The position numbers and the translations under genes were made by a program. Below the pieces are notes generated by a model. That model made no database searches. It was given only the letters and a program-made list of their open reading frames with translations, and was not told the DNA's origin. DNA of 58,231 bases, filler included, from Bipalium vagum (lineage: Eukaryota): NCBI GenBank assembly GCA_037834085.1. It is 3 parts of 3 records of this genome, joined end to end, with 100 filler letters (N's around TTAATTAATTAA, not from the genome) between each part and the next. Parts side by side here need not be neighbours in the genome. Positions count along the whole stretch, not along the records: positions 40,584 to 58,231 come from JBBMKC010057572.1; 2 more parts are not named here. The stretch is one strand, 5' to 3'. This document shows, piece after piece, positions 54,201 through 58,231 of this stretch; positions within the stretch are counted from its first letter, which is position 1, and the number at the start of each line of letters is the position of its first letter.

Positions 54201-55399
54201 TGTAGAACATGTTATAATTCTAAACAAGAAAAATGTAATCATAATGATGAAGACAGATCCCTAATAAGAATATGGTCTACAATTGAAATAAATAAGGCAA
54301 TAGTAAGAGGATTCAAATTAATAAAAATTTATTTATTAATAGAACATTTTGAAATAAACAAGAAAAGGATTATTTGAAAACTATGTAAATATATTTATGA
54401 AATATAAATTAGAAGCATCTGGTTGTAAATGTAAATATCATTCTGAAAGTTGTTCACCAGATTGTAATAAACATTGTAACGAAGATTGTAAAAATGATCA
54501 TGATTGTAATATAAAAATTTAATTTTTTGCAGACAATATAGCTTATGATTTAGATATTGATTAAGTTTGCAATATGCTTATGTTTATAATTATGAGGTTT
54601 TGCAATATGTTTGTGTTTATAATTATTATGAGGTTTTGCAATATGCTTATGTTTATAATTATTATGAGGTTTTTAAAATAAATTTTAATGAAAAATTTAA
54701 AGAACTAAATCTAATAATTTTAAATGAAGAAGTTTGGATGATGAAATATCATTTAAAAGAAGAATGGAAAAAATCAAATAAAACTAAAAATATTTTTATA
54801 GCTTTATTTACAACAGCTCATGCTAGATTAAGATTATATGATTTAATGGATAAATTAAATGAGAGAGTAATTTATTGTGATACTGATAGTTATATATCTA
54901 TTGATGATTCTTGTGAAAATAAAAATTGTGATCACGAAGAATGTAAGCATGTTAGAATTATAGAAAATAAATTTGGAGAAAAATTTGGAAATTTAACAAA
55001 AGTTGAAAAAGATTATGGGATTGGATCTTATGTAACAGAAATAGTTGTTCCAGCTCCAAAATATTATTATATGAATATCTGGAGTACTAATAAAAAAGAA
55101 TTTGTAACAACTGGTAAAACAAAAGGATTTGTAAAAAATATTATTAATTCTGATAAAAAAATTTTTGAAAAGAAAAGAAATTAGTATTAAATAATTCTAA
55201 TAATCCATTTAATAAAAGTAAAAATAAAAATTATGAGACAATTGAAAGTATAAAAGTTAAATTGACTGGAAATAGTTTTAATAATTTTAATAGAATACAA
55301 ACAATAGAAGAAATAAAAATGTATGGTTTTGAGTTTAATAAAAGACAAATAAAATATTTAGAAAATGGAAGTGTAATAACTTATCCATATGGATATTAG
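51250..55399 (+). pseudogene. Polinton/Maverick-type protein-primed family B DNA polymerase, fragmented
   Basis: Ordered motifs: DTLCLARAI, Zn-finger CxxC clusters, ExoI FFDFES, ExoII AHYAKGYD, KGYFPHYFN, ExoIII YCLTDV, DPFQYITIA, FGGRAE, motif A VDCFSLYP, KLEASG, FTTAHARLRLY, motif C YCDTDS, KTKGF, TYPYGY*. Many frameshifts and stops. The start coordinate is approximate. Confidence 0.93.
54566..54670 (+). repeat. Tandem triplication (33+36+36 bp) inside pPolB
   Basis: TTTGCAATATG(C/T)TT(A/G)TGTTTATAATTA(TTA)TGAGGT x3, encoding LQYAYVYNY(Y)EV. Confidence 0.92.
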
Positions 55400-55636
55400 A
55401 AAATCAACCAGAAAAAAAGTAATAAAAAATGTTAGAAAAAATATAATAAATTTTGTTATTCGTTAAATAAAAATAAATAATTTTAACATTTTTTTAGTGC
55501 TTAAATTTTAGTAAATTTTGGGAAAAAATAAAAATATTTTCAAATTACTATTAAATAATTAATTATCAAGTGATTAAAAATTATCAAGCATTTTAAAATT
55601 ATTATAAATATTATTCATTATTTCATCGCTTGGAAT

Positions 55637-56290
55637 TTATTTATATAAACAACTTTTTACATTATTCATAAAATTTTTATCATAGTTTAAAAAATATTTT
55701 TTTTCTGTATTATCATATTTTGTTATTCCTCTTATTTTTAAATCATCTCTTATTAATTTATAATTTATAAAATAAGATTGAAATAGTATTTCATAATATC
55801 TTAACATCCAAAATGTAAATTCATTTATTTCTTCCATTCTTTCACTTGTACGGTTTTTAATTTTTCTTTCATTCCTTCAATTTGATTATTTTTTGCTTTT
55901 ATAATTTCTAAATTTTCAAAATTTTTTTATAGATTTATTTGCAAGAATTTCTGTTTGCGAAGAAATATTTTGTCTTTTTATTTCTGTTTGAATTTCAATT
56001 GATTTTCCTTTAAAATCTGTTTGATTTATTCTATCAATTTGTCCATGAGTATTTAATATTCTTTTTTGTAGTCTTTCAACTTCATTTTTATATTTTTCAA
56101 TTTTTGGGGACTACTCCCAGGCAAACTACCAGGAGATGAAAGACAATAGAAATCCTTTTAAACATTCTGTTTGATTTTGTGTGACTCAAAATTATTTCTG
56201 ATCTAACCTTTTGTGGGATCTTTTATATGATATAAAATGTCGTTGTAATCTTAACATTTTGTATAAATCATTATATTGTAAAACAACATT
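55637..56290 (-). pseudogene. Decayed hypothetical gene of the Polinton-like element
   Basis: K/N/E-rich coding-like frame convergent with PolB, ending in ORF 55637-55837; no family recognised. Confidence 0.4.
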
Positions 56291-57237
56291 TTAATATGCA
56301 TGTGTATGTATAAAAATATATTTAAATACTGGCAGATCCCGAAAATTTATAAATTCCGAAATAAATAATTAAATAAATAATTTATTTCGGAAATTAGAAA
56401 AAATGATAAAAGTTATTACTAAAAATAAAAAATGTTAACAAAATTAATTATATAGTCAAGAAAAGAATTATAAAAATAAATAAATATAGTATATTAAAGA
56501 TTCTATAAATAAAAATAACTAAAAAATTATAATATAAATAAAAAATATTTTAGAGAAAAGGCACACGTTGAAATATAGTTTAAGTTACGAATTATTATTA
56601 TCAAGAAATGTTTTCGTATTATATTACAAGGATATAGTCAGTATCTAGTTTCATTCTTCAAAGAATCTAATAGACAGTGACAAGTCTCAACTCCAATTAC
56701 CAAACTGTGAAGAAAAAAACTGACAATTGATATTAAATTTCAAGAGCAAAAATTATATAAGAAGACAAATTCCTCCACGAACAGGAGACGTAAAGATCAA
56801 ACGTAAATCAACAGACTCAAAAGGTTATCAACCGTATTCCAAACCGAGAACAGTCAGCGAGGATCGAGAGTACAAACGAGAACAGAGCAGTATCAATTCA
56901 ACGTGTCTACTCTCAAAACCGGAACTTCGCGATTCCGTAAAGTATTCCAATTCAAAAACCGTCAGTAAAAAGAGTAATTTTATTTATAATTAATTATTTG
57001 GAGAATTGTAATTTGACCACAAGTTGTTCAATTCGAATTCTAATTAGTAATTAATTAAATTAAATTAAATAATCGAAATAATTGAATAGATCCCCAATTA
57101 TTTCGCGGACATCAAATAAACTTTATTTTTTTGTTTCTCTTGTCATTTATCTTTTTTGTCTTCTCAACGTCAAGTAGGGCGGAGAGGCGTTTTTTACTTT
57201 TGAGGGCTCTTGAGGCTAGAATAGCGAAGAGGATAAA

Positions 57238-57517
57238 TTAAAATACTTTACTCTAATTCTTCTTCTGGATTTATCATTAATATTATCGATTTTCTTGTTC
57301 AATAAAGTTTTAATATAAAAATACAATTTATTAAATTTAAATAATACTTTTGATAAATCCAAAGCATTTGCTGTTTGTAATAAAGTAAAAGTTAAATTTC
57401 CATTTTTATTTAAATTTGTTGCTGTTGATGGATTTAAACAAATTTCTAAACAATCACATTTTTTAATGTTAAATCTTGATGATATGTATTTTTATTTAAG
57501 TTCAAATTATTAGTCAT
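57238..57517 (-). pseudogene. Probable N-terminal fragment of a Polinton major capsid protein
   Basis: MTNNLNLNKNTYHQDLT/IKKCDCLEICLNPSTATNLNKNGNLTFTL..ALDLSK, with one frameshift, directly downstream of the ATPase. Confidence 0.4.
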
Positions 57518-57519
57518 TT

Positions 57520-58160
57520 TTAAAAATAAATTTGATTTTTAAAATTTTTGTACAAGTAGATATAAAACTTAAGATAATATTTTTTTCATCTTGTAAATTT
57601 ATAAAAATATGATTATATTTTTCTTTCACATGAAAATCATACAAATAATCAAAATCATCTTTCTTTGTGAAATAAGCTAACATTTTTGAATAAATTTAAT
57701 ATTTATTATTTTTTGAAATTTTAAATAAAATTAAGACATTAATATTATTTCTTATACTTCTTAAAGCTAAATCAAAAAATGATTGAGATAAAAAAATTAC
57801 TGAACATTTATTATGTCTTCCTCTTGTAAAATACATTTCCATAATATATTGATTTTTTTCATTTATTACATCATCAAAAATAATTAAATTTTTAAATTTC
57901 TTATTTAATTTATCAGGAGGTTGAATTTTATTTGCGTTATCACTAAATGTAACTTTTCTTGTATTTTCTTTAAATTCAAAATCTTTATTTTCATCAAATT
58001 TTATTTTTTCTTTATTTTATAACTTTTCATAAATCTCAATTTTTGATAATCCTGATTTAAAACAATTTTTTATATATTTGAATGCTGGTTGAAAAAAAGC
58101 AGTTTTAGAAAAAATAATCAAATTATTATAATTAATAAAATTTAAAGTTAATAACATGTT
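57520..58160 (-). pseudogene. A32-like (FtsK-HerA) genome-packaging ATPase, fragmented, Walker A missing
   Basis: NYNNLIIFSK..FQP, Walker B NLIIFDDV, YFTRGRHNKCSVIFLSQSFFDL..RSIRNN.N.LILFK. Confidence 0.88.
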
Positions 58161-58231
58161 ATATATATACTATAGTATATATAACAGTATATACTAATAT
58201 ATATACTATTACATAATGGTATATAATAGTA

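Noticed and set aside
54566-54670. 36-bp repeats as a CRISPR array
   Set aside because: There are no spacers; these are head-to-tail copies within a coding region in a eukaryotic context.
58160-58231. TA-rich repeat with AGTA/TACT at the window end as a Polinton terminus
   Set aside because: It interrupts the ATPase before Walker A and is truncated by the window edge, so it cannot be evaluated.

Overview
Very AT-rich eukaryotic genomic DNA, most likely from a bilaterian invertebrate: it carries an octopamine-type GPCR and GT-AG spliced exons. There are three assembly gaps, two of which are artificial N44-TTAATTAATTAA-N44 linkers. Two intact host genes are supported: an intronless alpha-adrenergic-like octopamine receptor (13512-14858, -) and a 7-exon FAM221A orthologue (44700-50792, +; 308 aa reconstructed by hand). 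The rest is mostly decayed mobile DNA: mariner DD34D, maT-like, rosa/DD41D, Tc1 (one with apparent DD36E spacing), a Stowaway/DD39D-like 5' end, Merlin, pogo, hAT/CGGBP1-like, piggyBac and retroelement scraps, plus a tRNA-Ala-derived pseudogene. The most notable feature is a decayed Polinton/Maverick-type endogenous virus at about 51-58.2 kb. It contains a fragmented protein-primed PolB (Vsr-like insert, extra Cys/His-rich inserts, motif B replaced by a tandem triplication), an A32-like packaging ATPase and a probable major-capsid N-terminus. All family calls come from motif recognition by eye; no searches were run. I found no convincing wholly new system. The best candidates for novelty are the unusual pPolB architecture and a few structured non-coding elements.
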